DNA from: Owenia fusiformis
Taxonomy: Eukaryota
Direction: 5' to 3'
Length of the DNA: 64,000 nt
NCBI GenBank assembly: GCA_903813345.2
Contig: CAIIXF020000001.1
Coordinates: forward strand, 33,852,001-33,916,000
In this document: in pieces, positions 1 through 14,530 of the stretch
Layout of the letters: each line of letters starts with the position of its first letter
How positions within the stretch are numbered: position 1 is the first letter of the stretch
Notes under the pieces: model-generated
Database searches by the model: none
The model's input: the letters and a program-made list of their open reading frames with translations, nothing else
What the model was told of the DNA's origin: nothing
Program-made: the position numbers and the translations under genes

Positions 1-19
1 AACTCATCCTTAAATATTG

Positions 20-835
20 TCCAACGATGTGCACTATGTTGTTTATTGCCACAGGGACAAGTAGCAATACACCCTTGACTAGAAACTTTGTATAGCAATT
101 TTCGCTGCCTTTTGCCATTTTACATTTGCGAATTGCCAAGGACATATGTTTCTTGTGTTGCTACGAAGGTTTGTTTGTGAGTACTGGTACAAGACACCAA
201 TCTTTGATATATCTTCAAATAGGTATTGCACTTTGAGATTCATATAGTAATTTAGAATGCTACCTTGAAGGACATAAGAAACTTTAAGAGCTCTTTTTAA
301 CTCTCATCCTTCTTTGCAAGCAACATTCTGTATCATCAGACTGAATACAAATTCTCTCAACATTGAACTCCTTTGTCTTGTCTGCAGCACTGTAATAGAC
401 ATGGGCCATAAGGAGAGTGTCAACTTCTTCATGATCAGTATTTGATAGATAAGTTGCAACTATCAGTTTTGCAAAGTTCAATAGCAGCTCTGCCATAAGT
501 GAAATTCATCCCATTTTAGAGATACAGTAACATTGCTTCACAAACCAAAGACAGCTTTACCATTTTGTAATCCTTTCCAAAATCATCTTGTTGGCTGTTC
601 TTCATTTCACAATGTTTACATTTACCAAAATATCCCCAAGCCCAATATCTATAATGAACTTCCTAATTACACCACCCTTAGGTGTAATATGGAAATCACC
701 AAACATTACATTTGATATTTGAGGGAATTCAACCAATATGGCTTGATCACTGGTTATAATTATCACAGTACTATACCCCATTATTTTTAAATATATTCCA
801 AGTATTGTACTATACATTGCATAGATTCATGAGCA
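20..835 (-). pseudogene. Heavily decayed, internally deleted transposon-type gene fragment
   Basis: Minus-strand frames give 'GYSTVIIITSDQAI..FGDFHI..GLGDILV' (602-817) and 'TDHEEVDTLLMAH..ICIQSDDT' (284-496). These recall the DxAI / GGFH / HEEADT / DTD motifs of large uncharacterised transposon-associated proteins in marine invertebrates. Many stops and frameshifts. Confidence 0.45.
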
Positions 836-889
836 GTTTGCAACATATCATAACCAGAAAAGCCCAATGGACAAAGATAGAGAATACCC

Positions 890-2520
890 GCCCCATTTGC
901 AACTCAACTTTAAATGTCTAATTTTTAGACTTGTATACTCATGAAGTTCCTGACACATCTGAAAAATATCAAATAATACATAGTATTGATCTAGAATAGC
1001 GACAACTTTGTTAAAGTCTATACTTTGAAATTGTTTGGTTTTTATATTTCTGGTTATTTTTTCAAAATAAATGGGGTAGGGGAGATATGTAAGCTCTAAT
1101 ATAATGACAGGCTTTCCAATATACATTTTTAAATACCTTAAATCAAAGTAGGCAGGCAAAATAACAGATTTGATCAAGAATCCATCAACCAATCAGCATA
1201 AAACTCAAGATATAAGGAACTATATGTTATTGGTAACAGTGGAAATGATGAAAAATGCCAAATTTTGTTCTTCAATGTCTAATTTCTCTACACTAGAATA
1301 CTAATGAAGGTCCTGAAACATTAATTATAGCAATCAATAACACATAAAGAATAGTTACATCTTTGTTAAAGTTTATACTGGTAGTTTGAAGTTATTTTTT
1401 ATATTTTCCAGTCATCTTCCCTAATAAATGGGGTAGGGGAGAACTGAAAGCTCTAATATGAACATTGTTTGTCTATTATACATTTTCAGTACCTTAAATG
1501 GAATAAAAGATGTACAAGAACAGATTTAATCCAAAATGTATCAACCAGTCAGCATAAAACTCAAGATATGAGGATCTATATGTTACTGCTGAAAGCAGCA
1601 TTGATTAAAAATGCCAAGTTTTGTCCTTAAATGTCTCATTTCTAGCCACTTGAATACCAATAAAAGTTCTGAAAAATCTTAAAAATATTAAATAACACAT
1701 AATATTGATAATAGAATAGCTACAACTTTATGAAAGTCTATAATTTCAAGTTATTTTATTTTTTTATATTTCTCGTTTATTTTCCATAATTGATGGGGTA
1801 GGGGAGATCTGAAAGCTCAAATATGAACATTGTTTGTCTACTATACATTTTCTATACCTTAAATGGAAGAAGACATGCACAAGAACAGATTTGATTGAAA
1901 ATGCAACAATCAGACAGCATAAAACTCAAGATATGAGGAACTATATATTACTGCTGTAAGCGAAAATGATAAAAAAAAGCCAAGTTTTGTCCTTAAATGT
2001 CTCATTTCTAGCCACTTGTATACCGCTATAGGTTCTGAAATATCTTAAAAACATTAAATAACACATAATATTGACATAGAATAGCTACAACTTTGTTAAA
2101 GTTTATAATTTCAAGTTATTTTATTTTTTCATATTTTTCGGTAATTTTCCATAATAAATGGGGTAGGGGAGATCTGAAAGCTCTCATATGAACAATGGTT
2201 GTCCACTATACATTTTCTACACCTTAAATGGAAGAACATATGTACAAGCACAGATTTAATCAAAAATGCAACAACCAGTCAGCATTAAACTCGAGATATA
2301 AGGAACTATATGTTAATGCTGAAAGCGAAAATGATTAAAAATGCCAAATTTTGTCCTTAAATGTCACATTTCTAGACACAAGTATACTAATGAAGGTCTT
2401 GAAACATCTGAGAAACCTTACATAACACAAAATATTGATATAGAATAGCTACAACTTTGTTTGAGTTGAATATTTTGACTTCTTGTATTTTCCATTTTTA
2501 GCCAATTTTTTCTAAAAAAT
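890..2520. repeat. Tandem array, ~360-bp unit, ~4.5 diverged copies
   Basis: Anchor ATGGGGTAGGGGAGA recurs at ~1071, 1428, 1794 and 2158; CAGCATAAAACTCAAGATAT recurs with the same period. Confidence 0.9.
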
Positions 2521-3768
2521 TCCAGGTATGTCTTCTTCGGACCAGTATTTAGATATGTTCGCAAGAGTTATATGCTTCGCAGGCGAAATCCTTTATGCAG
2601 GACACCCTAATAGAATAAAAAATACACAGAAATTCCATCCAGCTCATAAAGTCATTTTTTCCTTAACGGAGCCTCTTAGAAAATTTTCCACCCCGAGTAA
2701 TAGTTTAGCGAGAGCGGTGCGCCTGCGCAGTTTTAAACTTTGGCGCACACTTTAAGAGGTTCTGGACAAATCATTTGATTCTGGACTTGTCATATTTTTT
2801 TTCAACGAAATCACATCCAAGGGTTGAATTTTTATTAGCTATTTAGAGAGTGAGTCCTGCCTAGTATTAATTTCAATAAAAAAGTTAAAATAGAACCCTA
2901 TTTGAGAGTCAATCTAATACTTACATTACATTGATAAATTAAGGCAAATCCTGAAATATTTTTAAAGTGCATTTTTTTATGAAATATTATCCAGCAAGTA
3001 TTTAGATGAAACGGTCTTATTTAAATACAAATCATAACATGATGATATTTTTCATGAAACATTTTTCAATGAAATTCAATTGAAGGGTCAAGATAAAACG
3101 AGCTAATTTAGGTGAAAACCCTTACATGATGATGTGTTTTCATAACTTCTTTCATAAAATTCCATCAAGCGGTGAAGATAAAATTATCGAATTTAAGTGA
3201 TTTAGGATCAAGAGGATATGTTTTCTTTGATATTTTCTATGAAATCCCATCCAATGGTCAAGGTAAAATTTTGATTTTGATTTGGTATTAGGTCACGTGT
3301 TCGAAAGATCCATATAAGGCCCAAAGAACCATATAGGAACGTCATTTTGAATGTCACGTGATATATCCATATAAGGCTTTTAGAACCATGTATGGAAAGA
3401 TGAGAGGAAGCCCCTGCGACTGTTTCACGATTTTATCCGAACGTTGTTCGGATCATTTCGGTTTTTATGCACTTCATTATTGTACCGAAGTTTGCCGATT
3501 CGATTCGTCGTATTTCGGAATCCTGGTGACAATTTTATACTCCATTGGAGTATTTTTGACCTACTTCTTATGACGGAAATTCCCGAACCTTGTTCGGATT
3601 AATCCGGATTTTCTGACCTACTTTATCTACCGAGATTTCACGAGTTAACATTCGTCTCATTCCGGAATCCTGGTGACAATTTTATACTCCATTGGAGTAT
3701 TTTTGATCTACTTTTTCTGGATTTTGCCCTACTAATTATATCTTGACAACAAGCAAATCAAAAAGTTC

Positions 3769-3839
3769 GACATGAACGGGTCTCGATCAACTAACCTAAT
3801 CAATGGAAGCCAGGCACGCTAACCATGAGGCCAACGAGC
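3769..3839 (-). pseudogene. tRNA-derived pseudogene / SINE head
   Basis: Reverse complement GCTCGTTGGCCTCATGGTTAGCGTGCCTGGCTTCCA...GATCGAGACCCG has A-box-like and B-box-like motifs at tRNA spacing; the stems are imperfect. Confidence 0.45.
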
Positions 3840-4289
3840 TACTGATATGAAAGAACAAAAGTATTATATATTTATACCGAGCGTCAATTCAAAATGATCC
3901 TCACTTAAATACGACTCGTCAGTTGTATCCAGAATAGTAGAACGCCTATGGCGCTAGTGAATAACCAAGTCCCAGGTGGGTGGTTCGTATCCCTCCGTGA
4001 TATATACTATTTTTGTTTTATTAAATACGACAGAAAGGAGCAAGGTGTAGGTTGAAAACAAGACGTTAGTTTGTTTCAAAACAGTTTGGAAACATTAATC
4101 TCTGATAATTTTAGGTTTTCCACTCCTGAAGGGCCCCTAGATCTATGAAATTCATTAATCAAGACAGTGTAAAATTTTCAGATATATGTAATACGTTTTC
4201 ATACTTTAGCCTGTGGAATCAACTAAATATTACATTTTGGATTTCATTGATATCCTGTCATAGTCCTAATTTTTTTTTGAAACATTATT

Positions 4290-4451
4290 TTTTCAACACT
4301 GATACAAATTTCCCTGACATTTCCCTGACATATCTACCGTTTCAAAATTCCCGGTCATCTTTGGCCCCTTTGACCTAAAATTACCTGACATTTCCAGCAC
4401 TTGGAAAATCAAGTCAATTTCCCTGACATTTCCAGGTGTGTACGAACCCTG
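4290..4451. mobile_element. End of a hAT-like MITE
   Basis: Repeated TTTCCCTGAC motifs ending in GTGTACGAACCCTG (reverse complement CAGGGTTCGTACAC, a CAG-type terminus). No partner end found. Confidence 0.4.
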
Positions 4452-6288
4452 GAAATATCCCAATGGCTCGCCCTATGAATCGCTAGCACAGATTGGATTG
4501 ATTAGTGTTTCAAATTGGTGGACGAAGTGTTTGATTAGATAATTTACATATTAAGCTTCTGAAAGGGGCAACAAGGCCTGTACATAGAAAATTCGAAATT
4601 TTTTACATTTTCTGAATCTTTTTTTATACATTTTTTCTTAAAATGTATGGATAAACAATAAAATTTCAGCATTAAGCAGTGCAAATTCAGTTCAAAGCTT
4701 TTATAAAGGGAGTCCAACTTATAGATTTTGAAAATCCGACTCGTTTAAAGAAGAATATCAGCAGCTTAAATCATACAAAATGGATGGAGGTGGGGGGGGG
4801 GGGTAGGCGATTTCTGCAAGAAAACTCAACAAATTTGGAAGATTTATTTTTTTCAAGATATTTACAACTGAATTGCCAAATGAATAGGCGCAGTGCATGG
4901 CAAAATATGTAAGGTCTTCTAGTATTTTTTTGAACTGATACGCTTCTAAGATATGAGATCTATTATAAAAGGCGCATCATCATCATCATCATCAACGTGC
5001 AAAAGTCAATGTTTTTGCAATAAATCAGGCAACAATGGTCTACACGACCTGTAATAAATAGGTATGAGGGGCGTTATTATCACAACACTGACATTGCTCA
5101 CTTTTTAAAGTTGTTTCAATGCGTTATATGTAAATGGGCGTGTGGAAGGCCCGTGGGTGGCAATAAAATAACTCGAACTTCAAATTAAAATATATATAAA
5201 ATAGTATATTTCAAACTTCAATGTTCAAAATACAATGCTCTGTAATGTACAACATGAACTCTTACAACAACTACTGACAAGCCAACACCCAAACTCATGA
5301 GTGAGAAAGACCATATAAGGGAACAATAGATATATAAAACTGACACAGTTTGCATAGTTGAATAACTGGTTTCAATAAAAGGTGAAAAGTGAACATGGTA
5401 TTAAAAGAGTAAAACTGCAAACAACCTACTTAGGGACCTGTTATATTGAGATGAATAGGGATTGATTAATATGAACAGTAATAATATAAAATGTGAAAAT
5501 GACCATGTTACATATATATACAAAAAATAACACCATTGTTACAAAATCACAAAAAGTGAAATATCTATTCTTGTATTGCATTTTCTTTCACTGGACATAT
5601 TTTAATTTGCATTGCTATTAGATACATTTTAAGGGTTCATATGAAAATTGAACCACGAAAACAGATGTACTTTAAGTAAAAGGGAACTTTCTACCATACC
5701 CGCCATGCTATCTGACCCGAACGAGCCACCTTGTGGTGAGACTGGTAACTACCTGCTCGCATCTGCGTTATTACGCAGAGACATAAACGTATACACAAGG
5801 AAACGATATAGGGAGCTAACCTATTTTATCTCTCTATACATTTTAACTTTAATACATCGTTACAAAAAAATACAAAATACCTGTATATTGATTTTTTGAC
5901 CTTCACCGATTCTTGAATTGAACCGAATTTGTCCAAAGGTCTTGAAACGTAAAATACCTAAATGTTTATCTTTGACCTTGGGATGACCTTGTACAAGAAA
6001 CATTAATGTTGACCTCGGTTCATCTAATCATAATTCGCCAAGGGCCATAGTATCATCAAACGCCAAATACCTAGACATTGATCGTTTACTTTTGAATGAA
6101 CTTAACTCTGACCTTCGGAGACCAACTTACTAAGGTTAAATGGTGTAGAAGGAGATGTCCCGACAGACAGACAAAATGACAGACAGACAAAACATGCTTT
6201 TATAGTCTCTACAACTCCTTTTGCCCTCATACTTGATGGGCCAGTGAGCGTTCTACTAAGGTCAGAGGTCAAAGTCATTCTAGGTTAA

Positions 6289-6636
6289 AGGCAGAATCAG
6301 ATATATGGAGGTGACAAAATTACAAGCAACATGTACAATTGACGTACTTATCTATTCCTTACAATCTCAAATACAATATCGCACAAATATTTACGATATG
6401 TTAGAAATTGATGAAGTTATAATAGATTAAAAGTGCAAAATTGTAAATAATAAGTAACCATTCTTATAGAAGAAATATACAAAAGTCATTGTTGTAAACT
6501 CTTTAGTTTTTCTGAAATAAAGTGTGCAGTTTTGGGATTTTTAGAAAATAGACATGAAAAGGAATGACATAAGCCAGAAATATTCTAAAATTGAAACAAT
6601 TTTTTGTTAGACTGCTTGCTAGATCCGATTCTCTCT
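6289..6636. mobile_element. TTAA-flanked MITE (Kolobok-like), copy 1
   Basis: TTAA|AGGCAGAATCAGAT ... ATCCGATTCTCTCT|TTAA; homologous to 49280-49633 and to the split copy at 46960-51922. Confidence 0.75.
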
Positions 6637-7289
6637 TTAAAATGTCAATATCTAGGTTTACGCGTTTTTTACACTTGGTCTGAGATTCGACCATTGATGA
6701 GGCATAATAAGGTGACCTGAAGTCAAGGTCATTCCTATGTAAAATATCAATATCTATGTATTTTAGCGGATTTATTTTAATTAATAAATCTTATTACAAA
6801 ACACATCTTCTTACAAAACATATCAAATTATTCATATTGCCAATGTAAGTTGTTTACAATGCAAGGCAATATATAAAACCGCCCTATGATAAACATATAT
6901 ATATTTAATAAAATACATGATGTTTAAGTCATAAATCATACCCCTCTAAATTTGGGAGGGTGGAAGAGGAAAATTCATTTTTTCAAGACCCCCAGCGAAC
7001 CCCCGCCCAGAGTACTATTTTACACTGAACAAATGTTGATCCCGGGGATATTTTATACGTGTCTTACATAAAATTTAATTTTTAAAATAAATATACATTA
7101 ATTTGTGTAATATTCTGAAATATAATTCAAAACGTGGATGTCTATAAAACATGGATATTTATAAAATAATAAATATACAAATAAATATGCAATTAAACCA
7201 AATTACAAAATTTAAAGTTCTAAGTCACATAAGTCATTATAAACTGATAAAACATCCTTTTAATGAAGGACCCACGGTCCTGTGCTCAC

Positions 7290-8300
7290 ACAGTTTCTTG
7301 GAACCTTCAGAGGAATGTATATCCTGACTTTCAAACAAAAATATTGATTTGGATTTGTAGTCTCGAACTTTGAGAAACTTAGATAGCACAGTTGTGTGAC
7401 CTAGTTTGATGACCCTTGACCTTGAAAATTTTACTTATTCAGAGCTCAGTAAGGTCTCTTGTGATTAAGCTGACCAAAATTTACATCCAAAAATCAATTT
7501 GAAAAATCAACTTTTTGACCTTTCGAAGGTCAATGAAGGTCAACTGAATGTCAAATCCTAAAACTAATGTCAGATTTGAACTCCTGGCAACTTGTAGATG
7601 AAATTGGTCAAACTGAAGACGTCAAATATCTCAAAAACGATAAAAATTTGATGCTGACATATATTGAGCAATATGTAGGGAATGCTTAAATCTAGTAATG
7701 ATGTAATTCATTGCAAGAAATGATCAAGTATAAGGCAAACTTTGAGAAACTTGTCAATCACAAAACCTGCCATTGACTTTATGCATGACAAAGTTTCCTG
7801 AAAATGTCAAAGTCCTACTTTTTGTCAAATTTTATAGAGTAAACACCAAAAACTGTAATTCCAAGAGCTTTGAAATCTTCAGAGGACATAAGTTGCATAT
7901 ACAGCAACTACTAAAAGTTATTTGAAAGTTCTACTTGAACAAAATGTGTAGAATTTACAGAAAATTTGACTTTTTGACATCAAAATCCGCAATTTCTCGG
8001 AAACCGGGCGAACTTGGGAAATGGCGATGATAGGTCAAATAGGCATTATGGATATGTATAAAGTGAATGTGGATATGACTCAATCCGAATAGCAGTTTTA
8101 ATTTGTGCGGCCAATGTTGAGGGATGGACGGACCAACGGACGGACTGACGGACATCTTGTAATATATAGATACACTGTCCCACATGTTTTGTTAAAGAGC
8201 AACTGAAGCATACAATCTTTCCACAAAGATAACGGATGGACGGACGGACCAACGGACGGACGCCTGGTCGATCCCATAGGCTCACTGTGTGAGCCAAAAA
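7290..8300 (+). mobile_element. Helentron-associated (HINE/DINE-like) non-autonomous element(s)
   Basis: (GGAC)n microsatellite blocks at ~8122 and ~8232, then terminal hairpin GGCTCACTGTGTGAGCC (8279-8295) and an A-run. Left boundary approximate. Confidence 0.55.
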
Positions 8301-9437
8301 TACAATAGGCATATTTGGAGTACATTTCGGTAGCCAAAGTAATATTGGCCTATTTACTTTGGTTTTACTATTTTTTATTTAACAGTGAATAACTTAGTAG
8401 CTTGTGAGACAACTATAGTTCTTACCATGCATAAAACGAGCCCTAGAATGATAATGATACCTATATTATTTATTTATATTGAAAATGCAAATACATGTAT
8501 CTGGCTCTTCTGGATGACATGACTGTAGCGATACGAGAAAACCAACTGATAACCATACACTTCCTAAAGGTGCCAAAGCATTTAATCATAGTCCTGCTAT
8601 TTCTTCACAATCTGCAAGTGAACTCCTACTTTTCATAATCTAAATAAAATGTGATTGTGACTGAGCAATTATAACAGACATGATAACTTTTCATAATTTT
8701 GTAATGTTGCTTCATTTTGCTCAAATAATTCAGGATAAGCTTATTTGAGCTTCATTTTGTTCAACTGTACATAGGATTAGAATTGTTGAATGAACTGAAG
8801 CCCCCATTGCATAGTTTTGATAAGATGACAACTATAGAAGATTACCTCGCACCCAAGGATATGTATAATTTTCATTTTAAATAAATATGTTTCATTTTTT
8901 AACAGACACACATACATCATGCTCTTACAACTTGTAGGTTACAAGCAACAATTATTCGTGAACACAATCATTCAACTATCTGTATAACCAGAGATGCTTC
9001 AGGACTTTCTTCCCTCTTTTGTTTTCTTGGTCTTTAATACTGTAGTATTGTCATTGTGAAGGTGATCAGACAGTACATTTTCCTGGATGAGAATAAGTTC
9101 CTTGCATTTGTACAGTAGACACATTATATAATATAGCACCATCATGGAAAAACATTGTACAGCTGACAGCTGTACAGGCAGTCCCACTGCAAATTGGTGC
9201 TCCATTGTAATTTGTAAACCAAAAGGTGGTTTCCTCAGCTTCACTAAACTACATCATAAAGATTCCCTGTGCTGGAGCGTCTTCCAGGAAGTAAATCAAA
9301 GTAAATTGTTCTGTCCTCCATGTTTGTTCAAACTTGAAACCTGAAAGTGCAAATCCAAAAATTCCTGAGCTATTATTTGGTGCATTTTGGAGTTTCAAAG
9401 GCAAAAATCAAATAGACAAATAAAAATAATATCATAA

Positions 9438-9860
9438 CTGTGCCCGTGAAAAAACCAAATGGCTACATGTTCACTGTACCCATAAGATGAGCGAACACAG
9501 CTATATATACACTTTACCAATAAATTGAGCAAACAGCTACGCTACATGTTTACTTTCACAATACTGTGCCCATGAAATGAGCAAACAGCTACTTGTGTAC
9601 TATGCCCATAAAATGAGCAAAAAGCTACATGTGTACTGTGCCCATGAAATGAGCAAACAGCTTCATGTCACTGTGCCCATGAAATGAGCAAACAGCTACA
9701 TGTGTACTGTGCCCATGAAATCAGTGAGCAAACAGCTAAACGAGCAATGGACCAATGATATGAATAAATAGGTATATGCCTATTGTGCCTATGAAATGAG
9801 CAAATGATACACTGTACCAACAAAATAAGCAAGCATCTACTTACGTCGTAATGTCCCATG
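9438..9860. repeat. Minisatellite, ~36-bp unit (CTGTGCCCATGAAATGAGCAAACAGCTACATGTGTA)
   Basis: About 10 variably diverged tandem copies read directly. Confidence 0.9.
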
Positions 9861-11598
9861 CAATATCCACAGGCTCTGCAGGTTCAGCAAATTGAAAGGA
9901 TTTGTACGTGCTTGTTTTCTTGTGTGTTGCACTTGTACTTTATGTTGTAAATCTTACTCGAGTCTCTAGCTTACAGCTAGACGAAACTTCATTAATTTCG
10001 TATGTACTGTGCTACACGCACCTACACGCACCTAGAACTCATTTTTAATACATTTTATAAATATTTTTAAGAATATTAATCATATTTAGGATGAAGCGTT
10101 GCTTGTCTGGATTTAGATATTTCAAAATTTCATTTCGGAGTTTGACACATGGTGAAATTTTCTCGCTGTAGCTAAAAATGGCTTCCGGTTCTGGACGTGA
10201 ATAACATTTGAAATTATTCTCGCTTAAAGAAATCAAATATAACAATAGATTCAGACGGGGATGTGAGCTGATGTTCTTCAAATCTATACATAAAGGTATA
10301 TTTCATATTATTATGCCATATTTACTGTGCGTGTGACACAATGATTTACAATATTTATAATACTAAGGCAGCTCAATCTTCCTCCTCAAAGCCGGAATAT
10401 AGAGAAGGCTTTGGACCGAAGTAATGTAAATCTATCCCTCAATGTCAGCCATTGTGCTAGTATTTCAATTTCAAAATCCGAAGGTCGAGTAAACTTTGTC
10501 ATGATCACGAGAATATATCGACACTACAGTAGTAGATCTAACAGTAAGGCGGGTAGCCTGGGGCGGGTAGTAAAGTCATATAGTCTACTTGCACTCGTAT
10601 TGTACCATTGAACTGTGAACCATTAAATTCCATTTATCATAATATCACAGGAAACATAGCTGATCTGTGAAGCATAAAGTTTACTTCCTGTCCTCCTCCT
10701 CCATTCTATTGTGAGATGTTGTAAGCTTACGAATATTTTGGGGAATTTCCGCTGAATTTCAGTGAATTTTCTGACTTCTATCTGGAATATTATCTCCTTC
10801 GGTGCTTTTCAGCTTAAAATCCTAAAGCCTACAGGCTCCTCAGTGATAGTTAGTTACATTGCCTGACGACTAAATCCCATCTATGACACCTTGTAAACTG
10901 ACCTTCTGGATCAATGTATAATCCAAACATAAAACTACTTGATTTTGCAATGGGCGATATTCTAACTCCCAGATACCAGGATGTGTGTACTGAACGAAAC
11001 GTTAACTTATATATCAGACATTGATCCCGGGGATTTCTCTCTGTTAAAAACTAAAAGAATTACTTCAGTATTTATAAAAAATATTTCTGGAATTTAAATA
11101 AATATTAATTAAAGCTTACCTAATATCATATGAAGTAAAAAATGCTTAGCCTAATTATAAGTATTTCAATTTTTACAATTTCAATTGATTTATTGAGGCT
11201 ATGATTGACTATAATTATACAATGAAACTCTTGATTGGTCAGAATAATTGTATGACATTAACCTTTGTCACATGAAAACAATTCTACATGCGTTAAAGAG
11301 TCTCTATGCCATAGGATAGCACAATCAAGACTGCAAGAAATCCCAAATCCCCCTCTCTCAGTGGGCTCTCAGTGTTAATTTTGCGATTGTGCTGGCCGAT
11401 CTAATTATTTTCGAAGAAATTAATTCAATCTGAAGTTTGAATATTCCGGGAAAGTCCTCCTGTTATCTGATTGGTCGCTGAATTTGTTTATCATAAACCT
11501 GATTGGCTCCCTGGTTCAAGGTGCTTGTTGGCGCTTGTGTGACTCAATGGTGATTTCCCTCGATAACTGAGGAGATTGGTTGTTCTGTTTCCAATATT

Positions 11599-11860
11599 CA
11601 GGCCTGTCAACTGTCCCGCAATTTGCGTATTTGTCACGCATTTGCTGAAGAATTTGAAGTCACGCCAGTTATTTTTGCGTGACAGAAAATGTCACGCAAA
11701 TACGCATTTTACCTGGTAATTGTCAAGCAAAAATATTTCTGTAGAAAATTTTCTAAAAAAGATCGTCTACACAGCAAAAATACGAACGACGGGGAAAAAA
11801 CGTACGCATTTCGTTTGGACTTTTCACGCGAATTACGGATATGTCACGCATTCCGTTCGA
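11599..11860 (+). mobile_element. hAT-like MITE fragment
   Basis: Starts CAGGCCTGTCAAC with GTCACGCA subrepeats; an inverted homologue lies at ~33120-33295. Confidence 0.55.
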
Positions 11861-13289
11861 GATTTTTCGTACGTAATATTGATATCATTGTTGTGATATT
11901 CCCCATATCAAATCCCTCCTTGTGGATAACTACTTTTTATCCAATGGTTGCAAAGATATACATCGAATATCACGTGAAGATATATTTCATGATGTGGATC
12001 AAGATATCATTATCATATATAACTTTAGCAAAAAATCCCCAAACCATCAAAGTGATATTCGATAGTTTCAGAAGTGATATTCAGCCAGCTTTTGGTATCT
12101 GGGAGCTCTGACATCCCCCCTCAAATCTTTGAGGGGACCAAATGGCAAAAAATATTCTGCGCTTGCAAGGATTTTTTTTTAAAGTAAGGCCAATTTTCTC
12201 TTAGAATAAGGCCAATAAAAGCGCTTTAATGCCCTTCAGCACTTTTAAGACCCTTCAACACTTTTTTTTAGCAAAAAGGTACATATGTCCACATATCTTT
12301 AAGGAGATATCAGAAGGGTTGGCTGTAATGGCTGAGCCCCTTCCCCAGGTTATGGGCCTGGATGTAACTTATTGCTTCTTTGAGATCATCATCCATACAT
12401 TTTTTGAATTGAATCTATTTTTCAGTAAAGTGTATTCTTTGCAAAATCTTCAATGACAAAGTCATTTTTACAGAATTTTCAATGTTGTTATTTCTTTACA
12501 GAATCTGTTGAGAATTTATTTATTGATTCTTTACAGATCAACACACACACAGTTTCTGCATTGAATCTGTATTTTTTCTGTAATGAGATTTCTTTGCAGA
12601 ATCATTAAAGAAAGAAAAACTGTACAGATTCTTCAAATGTATCAAATCTGCAAAGTTTCTTTAATGAATTTCCGTAAAGATTTTTTAAAGATAGCCATTC
12701 TTTACAGAAAATGTAATGGAAAAAATTGCCTGTGTATACTGCAGGTGAAAACATGATACAGAAAGCCTTGATTTAATTGGTTGCGAGAATCGACTCTAAA
12801 TGTAAAACGACGCTGGATTACCAATATAGTTAGTGCGTCGAGTACTAATATATGAATCCTGGATTGATTGAGTAAGTTTATTACGTGAGATTGGTGACTG
12901 ATACTTCTGCTAAGTTGATATATTCGATACACAGTACTGTTGATTCAGTAATCACTATAATAATTTATAACGTTTTACTTGTTCGTTCAATCGATGCAAT
13001 TGACAATTGCGCACTTCCGTATCACGTTCTCATTGGTTAGTGTGTATGCCATATACCGCAGGTGAATCTGTCATACACCGCAAGTGAATATGCCATATTC
13101 GTTGCGGAATATGACATATTTTTGTATCGTGTTTACCGCGTAACACGTTGATGACCAGTGATGGCAATAAAGCGTCCACTGTTGTGATTGATTAGATGTG
13201 ATAAGTTTTATGAAATGTTTCCATGCTTATTTCTCCCAAAATGATGAACATATTATGTGCTTAATGTCAAAGGTTACATGAGATTTTTA

Positions 13290-14530
13290 CGAAAATGTGT
13301 ACTCTTTTAACAAATGATTTCTGTTACCATAGCAACCAAATTACCAACATTGAGGCACTTGTTATACTGGTAGGACATGTAAACGGATGATTACCCGTAA
13401 ATATCAAGATGATTGATTGATTGAATATTCTAGGAATTATACATGGCTTTCATAGTACCCCCTTAATGTGCACTTTTTAACAAATTATTTCTGTTACCAG
13501 AGCAACCAATTGACCAACATTGATGGCACTTGTCATACTGGTAGGACATGATAAGCAGATAATTACCTGTAAATATCAAGATGATTGATTAAATATTCTG
13601 GGAATTATACATAGTACCCCCTTGATGTGCAATTTTTAAGAAATGATTTCTGTTACCATAGCAACCAATTGACCAACATTGATGGCACTTGTCATACTGG
13701 TAAGACATGATAAGCAGATGATTACCCATAAATATCAAGATGATTAATTGAATATTCCAGGAATTATACATAGTATCTCCTTAATGTGTATTTTTTAATA
13801 AATTATTTCTGTTACCATAGCTACCACGTGTTAAACATTAATGAAACTTGTCATAGTGGTAGTGCATTATAAGTAGATGATTACCTGTAAATATCAAGAT
13901 GAATGGCTGTATATTCTAGGAATTATAGATGGCTTTCATTGTACCCCCCTTAAAATCATACCAATGGGGTATAAATCTGTTTACCATAGTAACCAGTTAT
14001 CCAACACTGATGAAATTTTCCATGATAGTCAAACATAATGATGTGAATAATGTCTGTTAATTTCAGGACAAATGGTTACTTATTTTCTTCAAAAAGTTGA
14101 AAACAAATAAAGAATTCTTTGGAAAAGTGCCACATCCCCTTTCTAAATTTACTTGCATTGCCATATAATCATCAGCAATATTCCACTGTGTGGATAAGAT
14201 AAAACAGCAGTTGATTTAATATTATCAAATATACTTTGAATAAGTTTTCTAAAATGGTTTCATGGTGATTCCTTCCAATTTCATGAAAATAATATGTGTT
14301 TTGTCTCATGGGGTATCTTAAATTTTGACGAAAATGTGTACTTTTTAACATATGATCTCCATTTCCATAGCAACCAGTTGATCAACTTTAATGAAACTTG
14401 TCAGAATGGTAGGACATGATAAGTACATGATTACCTGGAAAAATCAAGATGATAGGCTCTATATTCTAGGAATGATATATGGCTTTCCAAGTACCCCCCT
14501 TAAAATTACACCAGGGGGGTATAGATCTGA
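13290..14530. repeat. Tandem array, ~160-170-bp unit
   Basis: TTACCATAGCAACC / AATATCAAGATGA anchors at ~13324, 13494, 13653, 13812, 13981 and ~14362. Confidence 0.85.

Noticed and set aside
8500..9345. Minus-strand exon-like segments with good acceptors (TTTCAG near 9340, TTTAG near 8640)
   Set aside because: Frames contain stops and no recognisable protein; may be decayed TE exons but unsupported.
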